Below, one piece after another: positions 52,701-62,778 of a stretch of DNA of 64,000 nt. The position numbers and the translations under genes were made by a program. How positions within the stretch are numbered: the stretch's first letter is position 1; each line of letters opens with the position of its first letter. The notes beneath the pieces are model-generated. The model had not been told where the DNA came from and ran no database searches. It worked only from the letters and a program-made list of their open reading frames with translations. Origin of the DNA: an uncultured Planctomycetaceae bacterium (GTDB lineage Bacteria; Planctomycetota; Planctomycetia; Planctomycetales; Planctomycetaceae); the NCBI GenBank assembly GCA_963815195.1, contig CAWFGE010000015.1:416001-480000 (forward strand), given 5' to 3'.

Positions 52701-52965
52701 GCTTCTTCCGGCAGATACGCGTTACAAGAAAACAGCACCCCCCCGCTTTGACCCCCGCATCAAAGGGCAGGTCCTCGAACGAGTGCAACGTGTTGTGATG
52801 AACGAAGACCTCAATCGGCCCCTGGGCCGGGAGAAAATGAGCTGCGTGTTCAATGACATGCTGAATGTGACGGAGGTCACAATGGTCTTCTGCGCCGTGT
52901 GGAGGCGACAAACCTTGGCCCGACTTGCCTTCGACAAATGTATTTGTCGCATTGTTCATTTGCAT
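49772..52965 (-). CDS. dabA: DabA / DUF2309 (UPF0753) putative inorganic carbon transporter subunit; frameshift in the homopolymer at 52738-52744
   Basis: [100 protein letters not shown]. Confidence 0.92.
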
Positions 52966-52997
52966 TACAGATGTCCCCAAAAATGATTCTTTCGTCG

Positions 52998-53021
52998 CAA
53001 CTCAATCAAGCTGTTGAGTTG
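52998..53021. promoter_or_regulatory. Inverted repeat in the dabA leader (operator or RNA hairpin)
   Basis: CAACTCAA-N8-TTGAGTTG, about 33 nt upstream of the dabA ATG. Confidence 0.45.
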
Positions 53022-53137
53022 TCAAGCTGCCTGGGATCAAGAGGGATGCAAGATCGTCTCTGTCCGCAGACAATGCGTGTAGCCCCCGATGACGCGTTCA
53101 TGATCGGGTGTTACAGAGAACTGGGGCGCTCAGGCCG

Positions 53138-53476
53138 CTAAACGGGTGGCCCGCGAGAGAGCCAGGCTTCCGATCGACGAATCGCACCGCCAAGCGAACG
53201 ACCAACGGTTCCTGGAGAATCTTGCTTGGAGAGAACGAAAGGGACTTTGCCGATTAACGCGTCGCCGACCAGACAATCCCAGAGCGGGGCCGGATGATCA
53301 TCCTCGACCTCTTCTGCCGAATCGGTGCACTGCTGGGGCGGTTCGGCCTTCCCGAAAGGACCAAAGTTCACACGATTGCTGGAGACGTACAAAGAGAACG
53401 TGGCACACACAATCAGCAGTGTTACGCAGTTCGAGAGCGAAAAAACTGGAAGCCCAGAGAGGATAGATTGCCGCAT
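53138..53476 (-). CDS. Small hydrophobic upstream ORF ending in RGPP; candidate ribosome-arrest leader peptide (DUF2946-like architecture)
   Basis: 112 aa, AGGA RBS, N-terminal hydrophobic helix, C-terminus EAWLSRGPPV*; co-directional with and about 170 nt upstream of dabA. Confidence 0.6.
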   Translation of the reverse strand: MRQSILSGLPVFSLSNCVTLLIVCATFSLYVSSNRVNFGPFGKAEPPQQCTDSAEEVEDDHPAPLWDCLVGDALIGKVPFVLSKQDSPGTVGRSLGGAIRRSEAWLSRGPPV

Positions 53477-53488
53477 GTTCCGGTCCTA

Positions 53489-53506
53489 TTGGCACGACCG
53501 TGCCAA
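53489..53506. promoter_or_regulatory. Perfect palindrome immediately upstream of the uORF RBS
   Basis: TTGGCACG-AC-CGTGCCAA. Confidence 0.45.
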
Positions 53507-54021
53507 AACTACTTTAGGCCAATTTCACACGATTTGCATCCAACTTCCACCAAATCCGAAATACACATAATGGAATACGACTGCAGCTTCGTTTCATTCG
53601 GAAAATCGGTCAATGTGGGAAACACCCCAGGGGAGGAAATGGACGTTCCATGCCTTTCTGGGACTTGCTTTCAAACAAAGACCTTCCTCTACGAAAGAAG
53701 TGTTTGCTGAGTGTCGTCCCGGAGCTTATTATACTCACACGGGGATCTGGCGCATAGAATCCGTCCCGATTTCGTTCGCGAATCGGGAAAATCCCATGGA
53801 TGCTGCCCGTGACTTCCATTCGTCCTGGAAATGCGGGCGGACTCAATTGCGGCCGCGGTGCGAATCGGCGATGCTGTGTGACTGTCTGTTGTGCAACGCC
53901 CTCGCTTGGTGCGCGCATCGCCCGGAGCGGCGGCTTCCAGCCGACGAGTTTGGCCCGCCGCGACCGATGCGGCCGCGACACGGCTTCATCAAAGTCACCG
54001 CTGTTTGAAGGGAATTTCCGC

Positions 54022-55354
54022 ATGCATTCATCGCCCAGCACCAAACGCTTGCTGCTGTTCGCCATCGGAGTTGTGCTTTCGGTGGGATCCGTAGCGATTG
54101 CCGCCGAGCGGCCGAATATTCTGATCCTTTTCACCGATGACCAGGGCTATGCGGATCTCGGCTGCTTTGGAAACCAGAAGAACAAGACGCCTCGGCTCGA
54201 CCAGTTGGCCAAGGAAGGCACGCGGTTCACTTCGTTTTATGCCCAGACCGTGTGCGGGCCGTCCCGGTCGGCTTTGCTCACCGGGCGACATCCGATCCGC
54301 AGCCGCGGGTGGAGCATGCCCGCGTCCGAGATCACCTTCGCGGAACTCGCGCGGAGCAGGTTATCAAACCGCTTGCTTCGGCAAATGGGATGTCTCGAAC
54401 CGCCGGGCGATTGTCGAGCGGATGCCGAACGCCCAAGGGTTCGATGACTACTTCGGCACGCTGGGCGCCAACGACAGCGGGCAGGTCGCCTTTCACGAGA
54501 ACAATGAAAAAGCGGGTTCCACCAGCGACATGGGGAGCCTCACGACGCTTTACACGAACAAGGCGATCTCGTATCTCAAGGAAAAACGCGATCCGAAAAA
54601 GCCGTTCGTGCTGTACGTGGCCCATAATATGATGCACACGATCATCGGGGCCTCTAAGCGGTTCCGGGGCACGTCCAAAGGCGACCTTTACGGCGATGTG
54701 GTCGAGGAGTTCGACTACGAAACCGGCCGACTGCTCGATGTGCTCGACGAGTTGGGGCTACGGGAAAACACGCTCGTAATCTACACCAGCGACAACGGCC
54801 CCTGGAACCAGCCCAAATACACCGACCGCAAAAAGGGGCATCCCGAAGGCTCCATTTTCTGGGGCGAGGCGGGGCCGTTGCGGAACGGCAAAGGCTCTTG
54901 TTACGAGGGCGGCTACCGCCTGCCTTGCCTCGTGCGCTGGCCGGGCAAGGTCCCCGCGGGACGCGTTTCCGATGGCGTTTTCGCCACGATCGATTTCCTG
55001 CCCACGTTCGCGGCGCTCTGCGGTTTTGAAGTGCCGAAGGACCGCCGGATCGACGGCATCGATCAGACCAAACTGCTCTTCGGCGAAAGCGAAACGGGGA
55101 GAGAGGATTTCTATTTTCACAACGCCGGCGTTCGCCAGGGCAAGTGGAAGTATCTGAAGCCCGACGCCCATTTCTTCGGCTACGCGATCGAGGACGACCG
55201 CAAGAAACAGGATGAGCTGTACGACCTCGAAGCCGACGTCGGCGAGAAGACGAATCTCGCGGCCAAATTTCCCGAAAAGGTCGCCGAGCTCAAGGCCTTG
55301 ATGCGGTCGATCGAAGGCAAGGACGACCCCAAGATGCCGCAGAATATTCGCTGA
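54022..55354 (+). CDS. Sulfatase (arylsulfatase A-like, Cys-type); frameshift near 54350
   Basis: Signal peptide, RPNILILFTDDQGYAD, CGPSRSALLTG, GYQTACFGKW, TSDNGP, YEGGYRLP, LYDLEADVGEKTNLA. Confidence 0.93.
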
Positions 55355-55399
55355 GCGGGGAGGTTGACAACGGGGGATCGTCCATCAACCGGCTCTTCC

Positions 55400-57565
55400 T
55401 CAATCCTCATTGAGTTCGGCGTCACACTCTTCGCAGCGCCGATCTCCGGGCGGATTCATGTGCCCGCAAGCGGGGCAGGTCTTGAGGTGATAGCCCGCGG
55501 CGGCTTCGGCGGCGGAAACATCGTGGTCGTCGCTGCCGGGCGGTTCGGTCTCTTGGATGTAGGTCTTGCCCCGGTAGGTTTTGGCGATATAGATAAACAC
55601 CACGGCGGTCGCGAACATCGTCCCCGTGAAGAACCAATAATAAGACGCCCCCGGCAATTTGCTCGTGCCGTCGTCATTTTGGATGACTTTATTCACCAGC
55701 GACGTAAACAAGTTCCCTACAGAAACGGACAGCAAGTATAACGACATGATCAGCGACTTCATCCGCGGCGGGGCCTGCGTGTAGGAAAACTCCAGGCAGG
55801 TGATCGAGACCATGATCTCCGACGAGGTCAAAATGATATAGGCCAGAATCTGCCAGAGAATCGTCGGCTTGTGGCCCGTCGCCGCGACGTTGGGCCAAAC
55901 CTCTTCTGCGTAAGCATCGGCATGGGGCGGCATCTCGCCTTCCGCGTTCACGCGAATCCCGCCCAGGCTGACGGCATCCGCACCGGAGCCCTTTAAGATT
56001 CGAATCGTCACATACTCCGCCTTGACGGGCGAAAAGCGAAGCTTCTGAAATTCGTTCTGCGGCGCGAGCGTGAACTTGCCCACGCTTTTCCCCGGCTGAT
56101 TGCGGTCGGTGGAGACGAGCACTTCCACTTCGCGGGCGTAGTATTGTTCCGGTTTGGCATGCTTGAAACCGTCCTCCTTTTCCCGCTCTTCAAAATACGT
56201 CGTCAAATCCGAGGCGGGGTTGATCGCGACGGAAGAAATCTCCCAAGCTTTGCGTTCCCGCAATCGCAACGTGATCGACTGCGGAAGAAACGTTTTCTTC
56301 TGCTTGCCTTCCTGTTCCTTTTCCAGCCCCTCGTAATCCTCCTTCTTGCTCGACACCCAGCCGCGGCCGGTGACTTCGCCCTCTGGATTGACATTGTCCT
56401 CATCGAGCAGATTGTTCGCCGAGAGCAATTCGGGATCAGCGTGCGATGTGACTTGGTCTTTGAGGATCTGCCCGCCCGTGATGTTTTCTTCAATCAAAGC
56501 CGAGACACCAAACCCCGCCACCATGACGAAAAAGCCGATCGAAACTTTTCGCAACGGCGTGAGCGGAAACACGCGATGGATCGCCGGGTAGATCACATAG
56601 GAAAAGACCGGGATCAGCGCCAGGACGAAAATCGGGTTGATCGCCTGCATTTGCGACGAGAGCAATTCCACGCCCATCAAATGCCGGTCCATCGACTCGG
56701 CCTGGCCGACCCATTTGGAGGTCGTCTGATCGAATAACGACCAGAACATGGCGACGAAGATATAGATGCGGACCAGATTCAAAAGCGCCTGGCGTCCCTC
56801 GGGAGTGAAGGTCTCGCGCAGATAAGTCTGGAACATATCGGTCCATAAACGAACGCGAGCCGATATCGAATCAGGCGGGTCTCCTTCGCCGGAGAAGGAC
56901 TCGCGCACGAAACCCTCGCTCGCCGCCGGGATGTGGACGAACTTGTTCCGTCCCAGCCAAAAGACCCACGTGGCCAACAGCATCAATCCGCCCGGCACGC
57001 CGAACGCCACGTGCGGCCCGTACCATTGCAGCAGTTTGGGCGTCATCAGGCTGCTGGCAAACGCGCCCAGATTGATCGAAAAATAAAACCAGCTAAAGAT
57101 CTTGGGAAGAAGGTGTTCGTTGAGTTTGCCAAACTGGTCGCCCACGTGCGCGGAGACGCAGGGCTTGATGCCTCCGGAGCCGATGGCAATCAGCGTCAAG
57201 CCGATCGTCAGCCCGACCCGCGTTTCATCCAAAGCCAGCGCCAAGTGCCCCAAGCAATACACGATCGACAGGCTCAGAATCGTGAGATATTTCCCGAACA
57301 GCCAATCCGAAACGATCGCGCCCAGGATGGGGAAGAAATACGCAGACGCCACGAACAAATGCACGTAGGCCGTCGCCGTGGTCTCGTTCATCACGTCCGC
57401 CGTGCCGTCCGCCGCGATAAGATATTTTGTCATAAAGACAAATAAAATGGCCCGCATCCCGTAAAAGCTGAACCGCTCGGCGGCTTCGTTGCCGACGATG
57501 AACGGGATGCCCGGCGGCATGGTGCTGATGGCTTGCGGGGACGTGCGGTAGGCGTGCTCGGACAT
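55400..57565 (-). CDS. POT/PTR-family peptide:H+ symporter with inserted discoidin-like domain and C-terminal zinc finger
   Basis: EAAERFSFYGM (ExxERFxYY-like), GSGGIKPCVSAHVGDQF, FYFSINLG, LEFSYTQAP..MKS; soluble insert of about 200 aa; CPACGHMNPPGDRRCEEC. Confidence 0.92.
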   Translation of the reverse strand: MSEHAYRTSPQAISTMPPGIPFIVGNEAAERFSFYGMRAILFVFMTKYLIAADGTADVMNETTATAYVHLFVASAYFFPILGAIVSDWLFGKYLTILSLSIVYCLGHLALALDETRVGLTIGLTLIAIGSGGIKPCVSAHVGDQFGKLNEHLLPKIFSWFYFSINLGAFASSLMTPKLLQWYGPHVAFGVPGGLMLLATWVFWLGRNKFVHIPAASEGFVRESFSGEGDPPDSISARVRLWTDMFQTYLRETFTPEGRQALLNLVRIYIFVAMFWSLFDQTTSKWVGQAESMDRHLMGVELLSSQMQAINPIFVLALIPVFSYVIYPAIHRVFPLTPLRKVSIGFFVMVAGFGVSALIEENITGGQILKDQVTSHADPELLSANNLLDEDNVNPEGEVTGRGWVSSKKEDYEGLEKEQEGKQKKTFLPQSITLRLRERKAWEISSVAINPASDLTTYFEEREKEDGFKHAKPEQYYAREVEVLVSTDRNQPGKSVGKFTLAPQNEFQKLRFSPVKAEYVTIRILKGSGADAVSLGGIRVNAEGEMPPHADAYAEEVWPNVAATGHKPTILWQILAYIILTSSEIMVSITCLEFSYTQAPPRMKSLIMSLYLLSVSVGNLFTSLVNKVIQNDDGTSKLPGASYYWFFTGTMFATAVVFIYIAKTYRGKTYIQETEPPGSDDHDVSAAEAAAGYHLKTCPACGHMNPPGDRRCEECDAELNED

Positions 57566-57717
57566 CGGTGTCTCGGAGAGATTGGGGAAGGATGGTGGGC
57601 GCGCGAACGCGGATCAGAGGTGTTGATGGTAGGCCACGCCCCCGGAATGCACAAGCCGGACTTTCTTCCCGGGGAAATGGGGAGAAAACTGCTCACGCGA
57701 GCGTCCGGCCTCTGATT

Positions 57718-58179
57718 CTAAAACCCGGCAGGTTCGAGAGTCGCGGGGGGTTCGGCTTCGAAACTTACGGCCGCAGGCAAGTCGGCGGACCTGGCTTCCC
57801 GTTTGGCGGTGGGGTCGGCCATGCCTTCCGGCCAGATGTGGAATCCGCCCGTCCGGACGCGGGGGATGTCCCACAGGCCCCAGATGCCTCGGCCTTCGTT
57901 GTATCCCTGATAATACACCGCATGCCGGCCGATGTATTGCTTCGTCCAAACGCACTTCCCACCTTCGGTCTGATACCGTCCGCGAATCCAAAACGATCCG
58001 ACGTAATCCAGTCCTTCGCCGATCATGCGGCCGTTCTCAAACTCCAGCGAGAGTTCCATGCGAAACCGGCCCGCAAATCCCGGCTCGAGGAAGTAACCGA
58101 TCCACGGGCCGCTCGGAAAACGATCGTCGGTTTCTCGCCGCGAAGGTTCGCCTCGATCCTGGCTGGTCATTATTGGCAC
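57718..58179 (-). CDS. Hypothetical beta-rich protein
   Basis: FPSGPWIGYF..MELSLEFENGRMIGEGLDYVGSFWIRGRY..WTKQYIGRHAVYYQG; GAGGAG RBS. Confidence 0.7.
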   Translation of the reverse strand: MPIMTSQDRGEPSRRETDDRFPSGPWIGYFLEPGFAGRFRMELSLEFENGRMIGEGLDYVGSFWIRGRYQTEGGKCVWTKQYIGRHAVYYQGYNEGRGIWGLWDIPRVRTGGFHIWPEGMADPTAKREARSADLPAAVSFEAEPPATLEPAGF

Positions 58180-58195
58180 TCCTCTTATTGGACCG

Positions 58196-58775
58196 TCACT
58201 TCCACCATTCCGGGGCGGCGAAAAGGTTGGCGACGGCGATCCGAAATTCCGAGACGATCGGCCCGCCTTCCAAGGTTTGCCAATCGTCGAACTGTTTCGG
58301 CGCGCGGTTCTTGCCGTGGACGTGGCAGCGTTTTTCCGCGGGATCGATGACCCACACGAGTTCCACGCCGCGCTCGAGGTAGGCCAACACGCGCCTCGGC
58401 CATTTGCCGGCGGCGGTCGTTGGTGGAGGCGATTTCGCAGACCAACCGGGGCACGCGGTGGGAGTACACTTCATCCACCGGGCCGAAACCCTCTCCGCTC
58501 GCAAAATAACTCATCGCCGGGCTGAGCACGGAATCCGGATCCGTCTGGACCAAGACGCCGACATCAAAACAGGCCACGCCTTCGGGCGGGAGTCCGGGTT
58601 GATAGGTCGCCGCCATCGTTTTGGAGAGGTTCAACACGATGTTGCCGTGCATTTCATCGGGCGGTTGGAGCGTGATAATCCGCCCCGCGAAAAGCTCCGT
58701 CCAGCGGCCGCCGTCGGGCAGGTCGTATTTGAGACGGGCGAATTCCTCCGCCGTCACCAAGGCTTCATCAATCAT
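58196..58775 (-). CDS. Uma2 (DUF820) family endonuclease-fold protein; frameshift near 58397
   Basis: VTAEEF, ELFAGRII..P...HG, PRLVCEIAS, then YLERGVELVWVIDP in the second frame. Confidence 0.85.
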
Positions 58776-59012
58776 CGAATCACGTTCCCCGGAAAGGCGC
58801 GCCACACTTCGACGGAAATCCGCGCGCCTCCACTATATCGCAATCCCGCGAACCCGTGCCACCGAAAGTTGGGGAGCCGGAGACCGAGGAACGTGGAGAA
58901 GATCGAAACCGGCGCGAAAACCCTCTTGCGTGACGCCAATTGAGCCAATCTAATAGGGCATAGGACGCAGCCTGCTTTTGATGAAATTCCCCAAACTCCC
59001 GAAGGTGCAACA

Positions 59013-59489
59013 ATGGCGGCGGAATGGTATTACCTGATCGACAGCGAGCAGGTGGGGCCGGTCGAGGCCGTCCGGCTCAAGGAACTCGCCGACAGCGGTT
59101 TTTTAAAGCCCACGGATCTCGTGTGGAGGGAAGGCATGCCGGATTGGAAGCCGGCGTCTCAAATGAAAAACCTCTTCCCGCCCGACTCGCCGAGGCCGCG
59201 CCGATTGGATGACGACGACTATGACGACGAGCGGGAATACCGGCGGTTCGTCAGCAACAAGATCGCCGCCGGGCTGTGCGGGATCCTGATCGGCCCCTTG
59301 GGCATCCACAAGTTTATTCTCGGCCTGACGACGCCGGGGATCATCATGCTGCTCGTGAGCCTGTTGACCTGCGGATTGGGGACGATTGTCACCGGCCCCA
59401 TCGGCCTCATTGAAGGCATCATCTACCTCACGAAATCCGACGAGGACTTCTACGAAGAATACGCGATCGAAAAACGTGGCTGGTTCTAG
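59013..59489 (+). CDS. GYF_2 (DUF4339) + TM2 domain membrane protein
   Basis: WYYLIDSEQVGPV..L.PTDLVWREGMPDWKPA; KIAAGLCGILIGPLGIHKFILG..IEGIIYLTKSDEDF. Confidence 0.9.
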   Translation: MAAEWYYLIDSEQVGPVEAVRLKELADSGFLKPTDLVWREGMPDWKPASQMKNLFPPDSPRPRRLDDDDYDDEREYRRFVSNKIAAGLCGILIGPLGIHKFILGLTTPGIIMLLVSLLTCGLGTIVTGPIGLIEGIIYLTKSDEDFYEEYAIEKRGWF

Positions 59490-59841
59490 ATCGCCTCTTC
59501 CGAATGCGTCTTTCTTGCGTCCGCCCGTCGCGGTCTTTGCGACAAAATAACGGAGCGATGCGTTCACGACCTCAATTGATTTTGGGTAGAATAGGTTGGC
59601 GGGGTGCCGATGAGTCTACGCGGCGGCCCAGGTCGCGATTGCCCGAATCTGCCGGTTTTGCTTATGATGATTTTTGAATCGGGGGATTTCCAGGATAAAC
59701 TGTGGTCCAGCTTACAGACCCCCCACTCCCGATAAGCGATAATTGTTTGTACAAAATCTCGGGCCGATTGCCTTTTTCCGGTTCCCTCCCGACAAAAGAT
59801 CCTTTCTCTCAATCCGCTTCGCATTTGCGTTTGGAATGGCC

Positions 59842-62527
59842 ATGATGACGATTTCTGCTCGCGGTCTCCGTTTCGCCGCCCTGTTCGGTTTTCTGGGCGG
59901 ACTGGTGTGGTCTCAGTCGGCCGCGTTCGGACAACAGAATCCAACTCGAGCCGAAGAAACCCAAGCCCGGCTTCATCGATCTTCTCGGCCCGGAAAAGCC
60001 CGGTGCCGAGCCTCAGGCGGAAAAAAATGTCGAGGCGAAACTCACCCCCGCGAAGGGCAAGCCGGCGGACTTAAAGCCGGGCGACGAAGTGGTCCTGGCG
60101 ATCACCATCCACGTGCCGCCGAACAGCTACACCTATTCGACCACGAACAAAAAGGGGGCCAAGACGCAGTTTTCGATCAAGAAAACCCAAGGCCTGGAAG
60201 CGGTCGATGAAACTTTCAAACCCGAGCGCGAGCCGAAGACGGTCTTCGAGCCGGTCTTCGACGCGAACATCGAGAAATACGTGAAGACCATCACCTGGAC
60301 GCGGAAGTATCGGCTCGCCAAAAACGCCAAGCCGGCGGATGTGCGGATCGAAGGCCAGGTTGACGGCCAGGTCTGCGACGACCGCAGCTGCACTCTGCTC
60401 GACGAACCCATCTCCGTCGCCCTGGTTTCCTCGCAGGAATCGAACGCGCTGATTCACAAGGACCGGCCCGGCTTCGGCAAAAGGCCCGGTCCCGCGGAAG
60501 TTACGATCACGCTCGAACCCAAGACCGCCCAGCCCGGCGAGAAGGTCACGCTGACGGTCGGGCTCAAACTCGATGAAAACTGGCACACGTATTCGATCAC
60601 GCAGGACAAAAACGCCGCCGCCCTCCCGACTTCGATCGTGCTGGAAAAAACGCCCAACCTGAAAACGCTCGGCGACGGCTTCACCCCCAGCAAACCTTTC
60701 GAGCGAAAGAACGTGGATCTGGGGGACCGGACCGTCGAGCAGGAAGTCTATCACGGCACCATCGCATGGAGCCGGGAGCTGGAAGTCCTGCCGGCCGCGA
60801 AAACCGAAGGCTTCGGCGTCAAAGGAAAATTCAAATATCAGACCTGCGATCGAGTCTGCGTGGCGAAAACGATCGCCTTCGATCTGCACTCGAAGGAATC
60901 GAAGGTCGCCAGGGCGAAACCCAGGGCCAAGGCGACTTCTATCGAGGAACTGCTTCAAAGCGGCTCAAAATCCTCCGATAAGGAATCCGGCAATGGGGGC
61001 TCGGTCGACGAGGCGAGGAACAAAGGCTTATTCTTGTTTATCGTCGCCGCGGTCGTCGCGGGGTTTGGGGCATTGCTGACGCCGTGCGTCTACCCGATGG
61101 TGCCGATCACGATTAGCTTCTTCTTGAAGCAGGCCGAGAAACAACACCATCGCCCGGCGACGTTGGCTTTGGTGTATTGTGGCGGCATTATTGCGACGTT
61201 TACCGGGCTCGGGTTATTGATTTCGGCATTTTTCAGCGTGACCGCGCTCAATCAGTTGGCGAACAACATTTGGCTCAATCTCGTGCTCACGCTGGTGATC
61301 ACGTTTTTTGGCATCAGCATGCTGGGCATGTTTGAAATCCACATTCCCAGTTGGCTCTTGACGTGGTCGGCGGGGAAAGAGCAAAAAGGCGGCATCATCG
61401 GGACGCTGTTCATGGCGCTCACGTTCACTCTGGTTTCCTTTACCTGCACGTTTGCGTTTGCCGGTTGGTTATTGGTGATGGCCTCGCAGGGCGAAGTGTT
61501 TTGGCCGGTGGTGGGCATGCTGGCTTTTTCGGGGGCGTTCGCGTTCCCGTTTTTCCTGCTGGCGCTCTTTCCCAAAATGCTGACGAGACTGCCCAAGAGC
61601 GGCGGCTGGATGAACATTATCAAAGTCACGATGGGCTTCGTGGAAATCGGGGCGGCCTTGAAATTCCTGAGCGTCGCGGATTCGATTTATTTCGGCCAAC
61701 CAACCTTTCTGCCCTATGCCGCGGTCATGGGGACCTGGTTTGCCTTGGCGTTTCTCGCCGGGCTTTATCCGCTCGGCTTGTTCCGCATGCCGCACGACAC
61801 CCCCGGCAAATTCACGTGGGGCCGCTTGGTGTTTGCGGCCCCGTTCTTGGCCTTAGCGGGCCTGTTGGGGTCCGCATTGTTTACGTCGTTTCAACCGTCG
61901 GGGTTCATTTGGGACAACATCGCAGCCTTTGCTCCGCCCCGGTTTGAAGGAAACACGCAAATTGCAGCCGTCGGTCGGGACGCGCGAAATGACGAGAAAG
62001 ACATTGGTCCTTATCTCGAGCATGACAATCTGAAATACTCCCTCGACTTTCTACAAGCGCTCGAATACGCCCGCAAGACGAACCAACCGCTGTTCTTGGA
62101 TTTTACCGGGTTGAACTGCATCAACTGCCGGCTGATGGAAAACCGCGTGATGCCTCAGCCCCAGAACCGCGAGCTCTTGCAAAAGTTTGTGCGGGTCCAA
62201 CTCTTTACGGATACCGTCCCCCTGATCCGGGATCGCGAAAAACGCGATCAATTGGTGGAACAAAACCGCCTGCTTCAAGAGGCTTTCGGCGATGTCACAT
62301 TGCCCGGCTACGTCATCATCAATCCCTATGATGTGGCCGAGTCTGGAAAGCTGAAGCCGTTGTCCCATTACCTGGGCTTGGAACAAACCGAAGGCGAGTT
62401 TGCCAAGTTTCTGGACGACGGCCTGAGGAAATGGCAGCAGGAAACAAGCCAGGAACCCGTGCAATCGGCATCGCGGCCGGTTGAGAACCCCGAACTGTCC
62501 AACTCGAAGTTCACGGTGCAGCGTTAA
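59842..62527 (+). CDS. dsbD: Thiol:disulfide interchange protein DsbD (two N-terminal Ig-like domains, TM domain, thioredoxin domain); frameshift near 59950-60000
   Basis: Signal peptide at 59842; QVCDDRSC and QTCDRVC; LLTPCVYPMVPIT; SFTCT; LPKSGGWM; DFTGLNCINCR. Confidence 0.88.
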
Positions 62528-62778
62528 CGTCCGTAAGGATTTCGTTGGTCATTGGGGCTTGGTCATTGGGATTTTTTCTATTCCGGCGCTGAAATTGCGC
62601 AGATGCTTGATTCGCCCTGCTTTCCCGACCGTTTGAGAGGGACATCATACGACCTTCCACCGAAACCACGCCCGCCCGTCCGCCTGCCCCGCCGTTTGAG
62701 ACCGAGAACCTCGACCACCACCGCCAGCGCCTGGCGGAGATCGAACGCCAAGGTCCGCGGAACCTGTTCGCGCTTGCG

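Noticed and set aside
53489..53506. Sigma54 promoter reading of TGGCACG..TGC
   Set aside because: GG-to-GC spacing is 9 nt on both strands rather than the required 10; kept only as a palindrome.
58196..58775. Uma2 protein as an active restriction/defence nuclease
   Set aside because: The usual PD motif reads SPAMSY, and Uma2 paralogs are abundant in planctomycetes with no defence context here.
62545..62575. ttggtcattggggcttggtcattggg heptamer-like repeat (and gaaatccgaaat near 26000)
   Set aside because: Short degenerate intergenic repeats of a kind common in PVC genomes; too short to assign a function.
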